Position numbers and translations under genes: made by a program. A stretch of DNA of 52,254 bases from an uncultured Gammaproteobacteria bacterium (GTDB lineage Bacteria > Patescibacteriota > Microgenomatia > UBA10105 > UBA927): positions 1-52,254 of the forward strand of contig CAZHOQ010000001.1 in assembly GCA_964533995.1 (NCBI GenBank), in the 5' to 3' direction. This document shows, one piece after another, positions 1 to 9,054 of this stretch (positions are counted from its first letter, which is position 1; the number at the start of each line of letters is the position of its first letter). The notes under the pieces are model-generated. The model was not told the DNA's origin. It did not search any database and saw only the letters and a program-made list of their open reading frames with translations.

Positions 1-948
1 GTCGACACGGACGGCAAGCCCATCTATCTTGCTAACCCAGGAGAGGAGGATCCCGGATGGACCGCGCTCAAAGGCAGCCGGTGGGAAACGCAAAAGAAAA
101 AGGCGGGAAGTCTCAAGCTGTCGCTCCTTGTTCACAGCGCGGATGAAGTAACCATTGGGGAACTGCTTGTATCCCCGAATGAGAGGGCCGTTTCGTTGGT
201 AACAGAGGTTGCTCCGATAATGAAAAAGAGGGGATTTACGGACCTTAACCTGGACATCGAGAGTTTTTCCGAAGCGACGGAGGGCGCAACCCACGCGTTT
301 ACCCAATACGTGAAAGCGGTTGTCCGTGAAGCGAAGGATAACGGCATCGAAACGGTGACCGTCGAAATACCGCCGATTGCGTTATTCCGCAACAACATTG
401 CCGACCCGGTTGCGTTGGGGTCTATTGCCGACCGGATAGTCCTTATGACGTATGATTATCATTATTCCGGCTCATTGCTTGCCGGACCGGTGGCACCGGT
501 GGGCGGGGCGGGCACTGTCCGGGAATTTGACGTGACCATGGCGGTTACCGAAGCAGTACGGCAAATACCGAAAGAAAAAATCATACTCGGCATCCCGCTC
601 TACGGGTATGAGTGGGAAACACTTCAAAAAACGCCTTCGGCGGCAACAATCCCGGGGAGTGCGCAGACAGCCAGCAGCAGGAGGATTGCTGAGCTTTTGA
701 GCAGGTGCGCATCCTGTTCGGCATCGATTGACGGCCTGTCAAAGGAGCCCTATATCGTCTATGACGATGGCGGACACTTTCAACAATTGCATTACGAAAA
801 TGAAGCGTCTATGAAAGAAAAGATTGCGCTTGCGAAATCTTTTGACTTGGCCGGTGTTGCGTTATGGGCATTGGGATATGAAGACGGAACGATCCTTTCC
901 CCACTGACGGCTTATAAGGATGAAATTGATTGGGATCCGCGCCGTTAG
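1..948 (+). CDS. Glycoside hydrolase family 18-like protein (chitinase/YaaH-like), 5' end outside the window
   Basis: Frame 1 is open from base 1 with no stop before the listed start at 196, so the gene is cut by the window edge. FTDLNLDIE fits the GH18 DxxDxDxE catalytic signature. LMTYDYHY fits the conserved GH18 strand. Confidence 0.75.
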   Translation, partial: VDTDGKPIYLANPGEEDPGWTALKGSRWETQKKKAGSLKLSLLVHSADEVTIGELLVSPNERAVSLVTEVAPIMKKRGFTDLNLDIESFSEATEGATHAFTQYVKAVVREAKDNGIETVTVEIPPIALFRNNIADPVALGSIADRIVLMTYDYHYSGSLLAGPVAPVGGAGTVREFDVTMAVTEAVRQIPKEKIILGIPLYGYEWETLQKTPSAATIPGSAQTASSRRIAELLSRCASCSASIDGLSKEPYIVYDDGGHFQQLHYENEASMKEKIALAKSFDLAGVALWALGYEDGTILSPLTAYKDEIDWDPRR

Positions 949-1550
949 AGCGGCAACCGCACCGTTTCCTCGGATGAGGCGTCGGTAACGTGCGTTATAT
1001 TTTCCTCATCTATCCATCCGATGCGGCTCGTTCCTGAGCGCATCGCGACAATGACTGCTTCCGGACCGATCGTGACTTCAGCCTTCCCGTTGAGGGTTAT
1101 GAGCGCGTGCCGCGCGCGGATTGAAAGCGGGGAATCGGACGGGGAGGTGAATGTCCCGGATCCTGATTTCAGGAGGACCACTATGGTGTTTTCCATGAGA
1201 CTTGCCATCGTTACTTCCGTAGATTGCCCAAGGGTGACTATCTCCCGGTTCCTGATTGTTATGGCGGCCTCTCCCCTGGTTGTAGCAATTGATTCTCCCT
1301 GCCGGATGACACCTCCGGGTGTTGCTGTCTGGAAGTCATCCGATTCGCGGGTAAGTTGCTGCACGTCTCCTTCGGCGTATGAGAGTTGGGCAGCAAGAGC
1401 TTCCGACGGCGGCATGAACACGGTACCACTTGGCGAGGGTCGGAATGCTGGTTTTCCTCCGGCAAGTAAAAGCCGGAAGCCTATAACAAAGGCGGCGCCC
1501 GCCAGTATAAGCGTAAGATATATCCCTATGCCCATCAATGATTGACGCAT
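945..1550 (-). CDS. Membrane-anchored hypothetical protein (possible FecR-like beta domain)
   Basis: 201-aa ORF with an N-terminal hydrophobic helix (GIGIYLTLILAGAAFVIGF) followed by a soluble beta-rich region. It has a 4-nt convergent overlap with the GH18 stop. Confidence 0.5.
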   Translation of the reverse strand: MRQSLMGIGIYLTLILAGAAFVIGFRLLLAGGKPAFRPSPSGTVFMPPSEALAAQLSYAEGDVQQLTRESDDFQTATPGGVIRQGESIATTRGEAAITIRNREIVTLGQSTEVTMASLMENTIVVLLKSGSGTFTSPSDSPLSIRARHALITLNGKAEVTIGPEAVIVAMRSGTSRIGWIDEENITHVTDASSEETVRLPL

Positions 1551-1580
1551 AGGTCTAGATTATAGCAAAGCGCTAAATAT

Positions 1581-1724
1581 TTACGGGAGAAAGTACTTCA
1601 TCGTGTACATGAGGAGTGCAAATCCTGCAACGACGATGAATGCCACGCCAAGCTGGATGACGATGCTTTCGCTTGGATGCGTTGTTTTCGAGGTCTTTTT
1701 CGACCGGGCAGATTTTGATTTCAT
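1581..1724 (-). CDS. Small (47 aa) membrane protein, below the ORF-track length cutoff
   Basis: Manual translation gives MKSKSARSKKTSKTTHPSESIVIQLGVAFIVVAGFALLMYTMKYFLP*. A GGAGG (complement of 1729-1733) lies 4 nt upstream of the ATG. The peptide has a basic N-terminus plus one TM helix. It is co-directional with the downstream gene at 945-1550. Confidence 0.4.
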   Translation of the reverse strand: MKSKSARSKKTSKTTHPSESIVIQLGVAFIVVAGFALLMYTMKYFLP

Positions 1725-1789
1725 AATTCCTCCTTTGTTCCTACATTTTTAGCATAAAGAGAATATACCGAATTTGTCAACCGGATGGT

Positions 1790-3511
1790 ATGATAAAAAA
1801 TGTTAAGCGGAACGTAAGTTGCCGTTTTTGTGCTATGAATCTGCCCGATGACATCGTCAAGAAAATACTGACCGACGCGTCGGTTATTCCGTCATCCGAG
1901 ATTGCCGAGTTGGAAACGCTTGCCAAGTCTTCCAATTCGACACTTGCGGATATAGTCAGGCAAAAGCGGATCGTTACGGAAGAGCACTTCGGCAAGCTTT
2001 TGGCTTCTCATTATGGCATCCCGTTTGTTAACCTCGCCAAAATAACCATTCCCGAGGCGGTCTACCGTATCGTTCCCGATAAATTCGCCAAAGCGCACAC
2101 ACTCATTCCGTTTGCGCGTGACACAACCGGGCTCAAGGTTGCGGTATCGGATCCTACGGATACAACGGCGATAGCTACGCTCGAAAAAAAGGCCGGACAG
2201 AAGGTGATTCCCCACTACGCGACCGAGCAGGATATCCGGACTGCTTTGAGGCTACACCGGCGGGATCTTACGACCCTGTTTGGCGAGCTCATGAAGAAAT
2301 ACCACAGTGAAGACGAGGCGCCGCTTGTTGCTATCGTGGACCTTCTCCTCCATACCGCCATCGATGAGAACGTTTCGGACATTCATATCGAGCCGCAGGA
2401 AAAGGATGCGTTGGTACGGTACCGGGTGGATGGCGTCCTTCATGACGTATTGCACCTTTCCAAGGTTATCCACCAGCGGGTCGTCTCACGCATCAAGGTG
2501 TTGGCCAATCTCCGGACCGACGAGCATTCCGCCCCGCAGGACGGAAAAGTACGGATACAGCACGACGAGCAATCCGTTGATATCCGTATTTCCATTATCC
2601 CCATGGTCGAAGGGGAAAAGATCGTCATGCGGTTACTGGTTGCCAATTTCCGGCTCGCCAACTTTTCCGATCTTGGGATGAATCCCAAAGCGGTCGAACT
2701 TGCGGAAAGTGCCCTCAGGCGCTCATACGGAATGATTCTTTCCACAGGACCGACAGGATCGGGTAAAACGACGACGATATACGCGATGCTAAAAAAATTA
2801 AACGTTCGGGAAAAAAACATCACAACGATCGAAGATCCGGTTGAGTACCGCATCAAGGGAGTCAATCAGATCCAGGTGAACCCCAAGACAAACCTGACCT
2901 TTGCCAACGGGCTGCGGTCAATTCTCCGTCAGGATCCCAACATCGTGTTCGTCGGCGAAATCCGTGACGCGGAGACGGCGGGGATAGCCATCAACGCAGC
3001 GCTCACGGGACACCTTGTGGTTTCGACCCTTCATACCAATGATGCGGCGACGGCGCTCCCACGGCTTATCGACATGCATGTAGAACCTTTTTTGGTTGCT
3101 TCGAGCGTCACGCTCATCATTGCACAGCGGTTAGTGCGGAAGATCTGCGATTACTGCCGTGTGTCGACAACCATTACGGAAGCGGAGCTAGCTAAGAACC
3201 TTCCTCCGTCCGTCATCAGCAAACACTATATCCCGGTAGGTGAGCAGCGGGAGATCCGTGTCTATAAGGGGGAGGGGTGCAAGAATTGCCGCTTTACTGG
3301 GTATGAAGGGCGGGTGGGCATCTATGAAGTGCTGCCCATCACCAAGGAAATCAGGGCGCTTATCACCCAGCATCAGGATGCCGACGTCATTGCAAGCCAG
3401 GCGATGAAGGAGGGCATGATTGCCATGTTGGATGACGGACTGGTGAAAGTATCCCAGGGGGTCACGACCATAGAAGAAATACTGAGGGTTACGAAAGTCG
3501 AATCGATATGA
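1790..3511 (+). CDS. pilB: Type IV pilus / type II secretion assembly ATPase (PilB/GspE family)
   Basis: Walker A GPTGSGKTTT, an N-terminal MshEN/T2SSE_N-like region, and a C-terminal CxxC...CxxC (CDYC...CKNC) tetracysteine. An alternative start at ATG 1835 (MNLPDD) is possible. Confidence 0.9.
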   Translation: MIKNVKRNVSCRFCAMNLPDDIVKKILTDASVIPSSEIAELETLAKSSNSTLADIVRQKRIVTEEHFGKLLASHYGIPFVNLAKITIPEAVYRIVPDKFAKAHTLIPFARDTTGLKVAVSDPTDTTAIATLEKKAGQKVIPHYATEQDIRTALRLHRRDLTTLFGELMKKYHSEDEAPLVAIVDLLLHTAIDENVSDIHIEPQEKDALVRYRVDGVLHDVLHLSKVIHQRVVSRIKVLANLRTDEHSAPQDGKVRIQHDEQSVDIRISIIPMVEGEKIVMRLLVANFRLANFSDLGMNPKAVELAESALRRSYGMILSTGPTGSGKTTTIYAMLKKLNVREKNITTIEDPVEYRIKGVNQIQVNPKTNLTFANGLRSILRQDPNIVFVGEIRDAETAGIAINAALTGHLVVSTLHTNDAATALPRLIDMHVEPFLVASSVTLIIAQRLVRKICDYCRVSTTITEAELAKNLPPSVISKHYIPVGEQREIRVYKGEGCKNCRFTGYEGRVGIYEVLPITKEIRALITQHQDADVIASQAMKEGMIAMLDDGLVKVSQGVTTIEEILRVTKVESI

Positions 3512-4557
3512 GTACACAGCGCCTGAGCGTCCCGAGTTCGGAAAAACTCGCCTTTTTTTCCAATATGTCGACGATGGTCAATGCGGGGCTGACGACTGCT
3601 GAGTCCATCAATTCTTTGCTTGAAGACGCCACCGGGGCCATGAAAATCGTGCTTACGGGTATAGCTGCGGATCTCAATCAGGGAAAACAACTTCATGTCG
3701 CCCTTGAGAAATATCCGAAGATATTCGACGGCGTTACCGTTGCGATCATCAAGGCTGCTGAAGAATCAGGAACCATCGATATCGTCCTTAAGGACATCAA
3801 GCAGACCGTCAAAAAGGATATCGAATTTAACGACAAGATCAAGTCGGCGATTACGTATCCCATCATTATCGTCATCGTTTTTTTGGGCGTACTGACCTTG
3901 TTATTGACGTTCGTCATTCCGAAAATCGCGAGCGTATTTTTGAAACTTAAAGTCGACCTTCCGCTCCCGACGAGGGTGCTTATCTTCCTTTCGGATCTTA
4001 TTTTGCACTATACGATACCGACGGCGGCGGTCTCCGGGGTCGTAATTCTTTTGGTTGTGTTGCTTTTCAAAACACAGAAAAAACTGGTGATGAGGTTTCT
4101 TTTAAGCTTACCGGTGGTATCCTCAATGGCAAGGCAAATTGACCTTACCAGATTTTCCCGCAGCATGTATCTGCTGCTGACGAGCGCGATCCCGCTCTAC
4201 ACGGCGCTTGAGTATTCCCAGGCGGTAGCGATGAAGCAGGAGGTAAAAGACGCGATCACCCGCGCCCGGGAGTCGGTCGGTACGGGGAAACGGGTAACCG
4301 ATGGGTTGCACGGGAACAAGGCGATTCCTTCCCTCATGCTCAAGATTATCGAAGTCGGCGAGCGGAGCGGAACGCTTGATAAGTCCATGGCTGACCTTAC
4401 CGAATACTTTGATTATCAGGTGACGACATCGCTTGCGTATATGATGACGCTTCTTGAACCCGTTATCCTGGTATTCGTGGGACTGGTCGTCGGCGGCATG
4501 ATGATGGCTATCATCGCGCCCATCTATAATCTTATCAGTCAGGTGGGAGCTACCTAG
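3508..4557 (+). CDS. pilC: Type IV pilus platform protein (PilC/GspF family)
   Basis: 349 aa with duplicated T2SSF-like helical segments and 3 TM helices. Its start overlaps the pilB stop (ATGA at 3508-3511). Confidence 0.9.
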   Translation: MSTQRLSVPSSEKLAFFSNMSTMVNAGLTTAESINSLLEDATGAMKIVLTGIAADLNQGKQLHVALEKYPKIFDGVTVAIIKAAEESGTIDIVLKDIKQTVKKDIEFNDKIKSAITYPIIIVIVFLGVLTLLLTFVIPKIASVFLKLKVDLPLPTRVLIFLSDLILHYTIPTAAVSGVVILLVVLLFKTQKKLVMRFLLSLPVVSSMARQIDLTRFSRSMYLLLTSAIPLYTALEYSQAVAMKQEVKDAITRARESVGTGKRVTDGLHGNKAIPSLMLKIIEVGERSGTLDKSMADLTEYFDYQVTTSLAYMMTLLEPVILVFVGLVVGGMMMAIIAPIYNLISQVGAT

Positions 4558-4931
4558 GGATTACCCATCGCCTCCCGAACGGCCGCAACAAGCATCGGCG
4601 GCAGGATATCCGCCTTGATAAGGTGACGGACCGCCCCCAGGCTCTTGGCGCGTTCGATGATCGGATCGTGGTCAAGGTTCGTAAGAAGCAGGATGGGGCC
4701 GTTCGGAGATTTCGCTGATGCTTCCTTAAGTTTTGTCAGGACTCCGACGCCGTCGAGTTTCGGAAGCATGACATCCAAAAGTACAGCCGCAAACCCGCCT
4801 TCGAGAAGTTTGGTTAATCCCTCCTGCCCATCGACCGCGGTGTCGATCTCAAAGCCTTCGTTTTGCAAAACTTCCGTATAGAGATCCCGGATATACGCGT
4901 CGTCGTCAACGATAAGGATGCGTTTCGACAT
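4554..4931 (-). CDS. Stand-alone response regulator receiver (CheY-like)
   Basis: MSKRILIVDDD...LLDVMLPKLDG...K has the canonical receiver acidic pocket and phospho-Asp context. The listed ORF was trimmed to ATG 4931 because the upstream 76 codons overlap the divergent gene and show no receiver similarity. Confidence 0.85.
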   Translation of the reverse strand: MSKRILIVDDDAYIRDLYTEVLQNEGFEIDTAVDGQEGLTKLLEGGFAAVLLDVMLPKLDGVGVLTKLKEASAKSPNGPILLLTNLDHDPIIERAKSLGAVRHLIKADILPPMLVAAVREAMGNP

Positions 4932-5007
4932 ACGAAACAATACTATCTCATAATTGTCATACGCACAAATTTCTTTCGTCGTGTGATATGATGCTGGGCA
5001 TTGGATC

Positions 5008-6675
5008 ATGAAACCGCAATCATTGGTTACTACTGACCGCACGATACATACCCCCCCCAGGTCCGTGACCGTTTCCGGAACCAAGCTTACCCTCGCGGAT
5101 ATGTTGGGTGTTGCAAGGGACGGCGCCCCGGTGTCGTTTACGAAAGACCGGCGCATCATCCGGAAGGTGGAGATATGTTATGAGCGCATGATGGAACAAG
5201 TGCGGGACGGCGTGCCGATTTACGGCTGCAACACGGGGTACGGCGCCCGCGCAGGGGTCGTGGTCAATTCGGGTACGGATAAGGAACGCATGGCGCAGGC
5301 CCGGTTGATTTCGGAAAGCATCGTGCATACGGACGTCACGGTTGGTCCGGAGTTGGGAAGTGACGTAACCAGGGCCGCAATGTTGATCCGCATTAATATG
5401 CTGCTGCAGGGAGTGTCGGCAGTACGTATTTCCGACCTCGACATATACCGCCGCATGTTAAATGAGCGGATTACCCCGGTGGTGCATGCCTACGGGGGGT
5501 TGGGCGCATCAGGCGATCTTGCGCATAATGCCCGGGTGTTGTCGGCCGCCCGTCAGCTTCCGGATACGTACGTTACGGATGCCGATGGCCGGCGCCATGA
5601 GGCGCGCACATTGCTCTCCTCGCATAATATCCCCAAGCTCGTGCTGGAACCGAAGGCGGGGCTTGGACTAGTCAATGGCGATAACTTTTCGACCGCCGCA
5701 GCCGCCCTCATCGCTTCGGACCTTATTTCTTACATGCTGATCGAGGATGTATTGGGAGCGATGGTAATCGAGGTGCTGAAGGGGTCAAACAGGGCGTTCC
5801 ATCCGTTTTTGACCGACATCCGGCCGCATGAGGGGCAGCGGGAAGTCGCAACAGTGTACCGGGGGCTTCTTGAGGGGAGTAAGCTCGCATATCAGGAAAT
5901 GCGCGGACATGTCCGGCGTCCGCCCGGAGTCAAAGTACAGGACGCGTACAGCTTGCGGTGCATTTCCCAGGCCGAGGGCATTAACCGCGAACAGATGCAA
6001 TGGATCATTGAAAAGTTGGAAACGAACGCGAATTCCGTATCGGATAACCCCCTCTGGGTTGCGCCGGAATTTGCGACGGATGGCGAATCGCCATGGCAAT
6101 GGGTGAGTGGTGGCAATTTCTTAGCCCAACACGCGGGAGAGTCGATAGATATGATGCGGAAGATCATAACCCGATATGTGAAGCGGAATGACCGGCACCT
6201 GCATCGGTTGGTAAGCCCTCACGAAAGCAATGGTCTTCCGCCGAATCTTTCGGACGCTCAGGCCATTTCCGCGTGCGCCTTCAAGGGGATGCAATTACAG
6301 TCGGGTATGCTTGACGTGTATTCCATGACGCTTGCGACACCGGTCACGACGCTTTTTGGGATCCATGAGGAATCGAACCAGGACATTACCGTTCATTCAC
6401 TCACCTCCGCAATCATGGCCTGGCAGAATTTGGACCTGTTGCGGTATTCTATGGCCATGACGCTCATCGCCGTAGCACAGGCTGTTGATCTTCGCGGCGG
6501 AGGGAAGCTTTTGGCACCAAGGACGCGGCCGGTCTACGAATTCATCAGGGAGCGGTCGCAGTACGTATCCCGGGAACGTCCGTTGGCATCCGACATCCGG
6601 GCAGTAGCCCGTTCGATTGAAACGGGCGAGCTTTCAAAACTCGTGAGAAAACGTGTGACAAAGGGAATGCCATAA
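5008..6675 (+). CDS. MIO-dependent aromatic amino acid / histidine ammonia-lyase or aminomutase family protein
   Basis: The Ala-Ser-Gly MIO-forming triad sits in GGLGASGDLAHNA. It also carries NTGYGARAG, KAGLGLVNGDNFS and RPHEGQ, all in the order typical of the HAL/PAL/TAL family. Substrate cannot be read from the sequence by eye. Confidence 0.8.
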   Translation: MKPQSLVTTDRTIHTPPRSVTVSGTKLTLADMLGVARDGAPVSFTKDRRIIRKVEICYERMMEQVRDGVPIYGCNTGYGARAGVVVNSGTDKERMAQARLISESIVHTDVTVGPELGSDVTRAAMLIRINMLLQGVSAVRISDLDIYRRMLNERITPVVHAYGGLGASGDLAHNARVLSAARQLPDTYVTDADGRRHEARTLLSSHNIPKLVLEPKAGLGLVNGDNFSTAAAALIASDLISYMLIEDVLGAMVIEVLKGSNRAFHPFLTDIRPHEGQREVATVYRGLLEGSKLAYQEMRGHVRRPPGVKVQDAYSLRCISQAEGINREQMQWIIEKLETNANSVSDNPLWVAPEFATDGESPWQWVSGGNFLAQHAGESIDMMRKIITRYVKRNDRHLHRLVSPHESNGLPPNLSDAQAISACAFKGMQLQSGMLDVYSMTLATPVTTLFGIHEESNQDITVHSLTSAIMAWQNLDLLRYSMAMTLIAVAQAVDLRGGGKLLAPRTRPVYEFIRERSQYVSRERPLASDIRAVARSIETGELSKLVRKRVTKGMP

Positions 6676-6676
6676 T

Positions 6677-8158
6677 ATGCGCCTCACCACGGATACGTCG
6701 TTGCTCCGTTCATGGCTGGTACAAAAGGATAGCGGCACAAACAGGAGCGAATCAGCTTCACGGTATGAGACAGCCGGGAAACGAAAGGCACTGGCTTTAT
6801 TCCATGCGGCAGCAAAACAAGTCCCCGCGTATAAGGAATTTTTGCGGAAGAATTCCGTTAAACCCGGTCAAATCAAAACATATGCCGATTTCTTAAAGGT
6901 TCCCGTAACGACGAAGCAAAACTATATTGAGGCGTATGACGTTTGGGACCGCGTTTGGAGCGGGGCACCCGCCGGGACCACCATGATTTCGACCAGCTCG
7001 GGAACGACCGGCGCCCCGCATTATTGGCCCCGGTCAATGCGGCACGATCTTGACGGCGCTGCCGCCCATGAATTTTTTCTTACGAGCATATTCGGCATCG
7101 AGAAAATCCCCACCCTGTTTGTGAACGGGTTTGCCATGGGCAACTGGATAGCGGGCACCTTCACGTATATGTCCGCTTCTTTGGTTGCGTGGAAGGGATA
7201 CCCCTTGACGGTTATGACGCCCGGGTACGACCGGGATGCCGTGATCCGCGTGATCACGGAGGTTGCCCCGCGTTTTGCGCAGGTCATCATTACCGGCCAT
7301 ACGCCGTTTTTAAAGGAAGTCGTGGAAGGGATGCATGCAAGCGGACTCCACAAAAAAGTGTCCTGCAAGCTGTTAGGGACCGGGCAGGGAGTGACTGAGG
7401 GCTGGCGTGACTACATCACGAAGCTTGTCGCCGGCACTGATTCTTTTCGGACGTTTATTAATCTGTACGGATCTGCGGACGCGTCCCTCATGGGATTTGA
7501 AACGCCCGTTTCCATCGCCATACGGAAAGCCGTTGCATCCGCGGGTGATGAAAAGATATTTGGGACCAACCGTCTTCCGTCGCTCTATCAATACGATCCG
7601 AGACTGACGTTTTTTGAGGGAGTAGAAAATGAGCTCTGTATTACCAAAGACAGCGGCGTGCCGCTTATACGGTACAACATTCATGACACCGGGGGTGTCC
7701 GGTCCTATTCCAAGCTTCGTGGAGTGATTTCCGGCGACGATATTGCGGGGCAATCCCGAAAGTACCCCTGGCAGCTTCCGTTTGTGTATCTGTTTGGTCG
7801 TGAGAAATTTATGGTGAAGGTGTACGGGGCAAACATCTATACGGAGCACGTGCAGCGGGCTTTGGATCATGAACGGCTCGTTGGGAATATTACGGGGCGG
7901 TTTTTGCTTGTGACGGCCGAGGATGATCAGAATAACCCCGTTCTTTTGGTCCGGATTGAGCTTCGCGAAAACGTATCCCGCGACATCGGGTTTGCGAGCC
8001 TCATTCGGGATGTCTTTGTCGAGGAGGTGGGGAGGATTAACAGCGAATACCGCTTCGTGCTTTCCTCGATGGGACCAAAGGCCCATCCGAAAATCGAACT
8101 TCATGCATTCGGCGACCCTGAATATTTTCCTAAAGGAGTCGTCAAGAAAACGGTATGA
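6677..8158 (+). CDS. Adenylate-forming enzyme, PaaK / coenzyme F390 synthetase-like (ANL superfamily)
   Basis: TSSGTTGAPHYWP matches the SSGTTG(K/A)P AMP-binding motif. LYGSADAS and IRYNIHDTG fit later ANL core motifs. The start is 1 nt after the upstream stop. Confidence 0.65.
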   Translation: MRLTTDTSLLRSWLVQKDSGTNRSESASRYETAGKRKALALFHAAAKQVPAYKEFLRKNSVKPGQIKTYADFLKVPVTTKQNYIEAYDVWDRVWSGAPAGTTMISTSSGTTGAPHYWPRSMRHDLDGAAAHEFFLTSIFGIEKIPTLFVNGFAMGNWIAGTFTYMSASLVAWKGYPLTVMTPGYDRDAVIRVITEVAPRFAQVIITGHTPFLKEVVEGMHASGLHKKVSCKLLGTGQGVTEGWRDYITKLVAGTDSFRTFINLYGSADASLMGFETPVSIAIRKAVASAGDEKIFGTNRLPSLYQYDPRLTFFEGVENELCITKDSGVPLIRYNIHDTGGVRSYSKLRGVISGDDIAGQSRKYPWQLPFVYLFGREKFMVKVYGANIYTEHVQRALDHERLVGNITGRFLLVTAEDDQNNPVLLVRIELRENVSRDIGFASLIRDVFVEEVGRINSEYRFVLSSMGPKAHPKIELHAFGDPEYFPKGVVKKTV

Positions 8159-9036
8159 GTAACTTTTCCTCACCCAAGAGCCGGTTCCAACAGGCAACGA
8201 ACAGAAACCGGCTCCTCGTGACGCGTCCGGAGCAGGAGACGCTCCGCCGCGCGACCGTCGGTTTTTTCGGCTTATCGGTCGGGAGCCACGCGGCAACGAC
8301 CTGGGCGATGCTCGCAAGACCTAATGCGATAAAAATCGCCGATCCTGATGTCATTGACGCAACCAATTTGAACCGCATCCGGGTCGGTTGGTCTCAGGTC
8401 GGCAAGCGGAAAGTCGATGCTGTGTCCGAACTCCTTGCCGATATACATCCGGAAATGACCATAGATGCGCTGACGGACACGTCACCTGCCTCCATGGAGA
8501 CATTCTGCCGGAAAAAATCCGCCGTCTCGTGCATCGTGGACGAGATTGACGACATCGGCGGGAAAATTACCCTCCGGCAGATAGCCCGGAAGATGCGCAT
8601 ACCCCTTATTTCAGCGGTCGACGTCGGGGAAAACGTGCTGCTTGATGTCGAGCGGTATGACCGCAATGCGGATCAGCAGATGTTTTTGGGGAGATTGCCG
8701 GGTATCGAAATGATCGATGTTGCCGCACTTGATAAGAATGAGCGGGCACGATTGATCATCGCGCTTGTGGGGCTTACCCATAACAGCGATGCAATGCTCA
8801 CGTCATTATTGGAAATTGGCAAATCGATCGATACGTGGCCGCAGCTTGGGAGCACCGCAACCATTGCGGGAGGCGTCATCGCTACGACCGTAAAGCGCGT
8901 GTTGTTGGGCGACCGCGTTTCCTCAGGGAGGTACGTGTTTGAAATGGATGCGCTCTTGGGGAAAATCCCCACGATTTCCGAGCGACGCCATACCCGGACA
9001 CTCATGTCCGCCGTCAAACGGCGGTTTGGCGTATAG
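8155..9036 (+). CDS. ThiF/MoeB/HesA-type E1-like adenylyltransferase family protein
   Basis: A Rossmann-type VGFFGLSVGSH is followed by DPDVIDATNLNRI (the ThiF DxD..SNLNR pattern). ATGA start/stop overlap with the upstream gene at 8155-8158. Confidence 0.7.
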   Translation: MSNFSSPKSRFQQATNRNRLLVTRPEQETLRRATVGFFGLSVGSHAATTWAMLARPNAIKIADPDVIDATNLNRIRVGWSQVGKRKVDAVSELLADIHPEMTIDALTDTSPASMETFCRKKSAVSCIVDEIDDIGGKITLRQIARKMRIPLISAVDVGENVLLDVERYDRNADQQMFLGRLPGIEMIDVAALDKNERARLIIALVGLTHNSDAMLTSLLEIGKSIDTWPQLGSTATIAGGVIATTVKRVLLGDRVSSGRYVFEMDALLGKIPTISERRHTRTLMSAVKRRFGV

Positions 9037-9054
9037 CCGTGATACTATAGTGGT

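Noticed and set aside
4984-4992. Extended -10-like TGaTATGAT upstream of the lyase gene. A similar TGgTATACT lies upstream of typA (complement of 18787-18795).
   Set aside because: These are motif matches only. The first would leave a leader of about 8 nt with no RBS, and neither has a convincing -35. They are too weak to list as features without transcript-start data.
4932-5159. N-terminal extensions of listed ORFs. Examples: the response regulator to 5159, LigD-PE to 29780, the FAD oxidase to 31180, the beta-helix protein to 23711, and the VOC gene to 41638.
   Set aside because: The extensions overlap neighbouring genes and carry no family similarity. Internal ATGs coincide with the conserved protein N-termini and with RBS or ATGA coupling, so the shorter models were used.
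7373-8317. 314-aa antisense ORF. Similar long antisense ORFs occur at 9699-10328, 13122-13832, 24446-25195, 34327-34893, 35515-36069 and 51171-51782.
   Set aside because: Each lies opposite a gene with clear family motifs. Each has Arg/Ser/Pro/Gly-rich low-complexity composition typical of shadow frames in moderately GC-rich DNA, and shows no recognisable motif or RBS.
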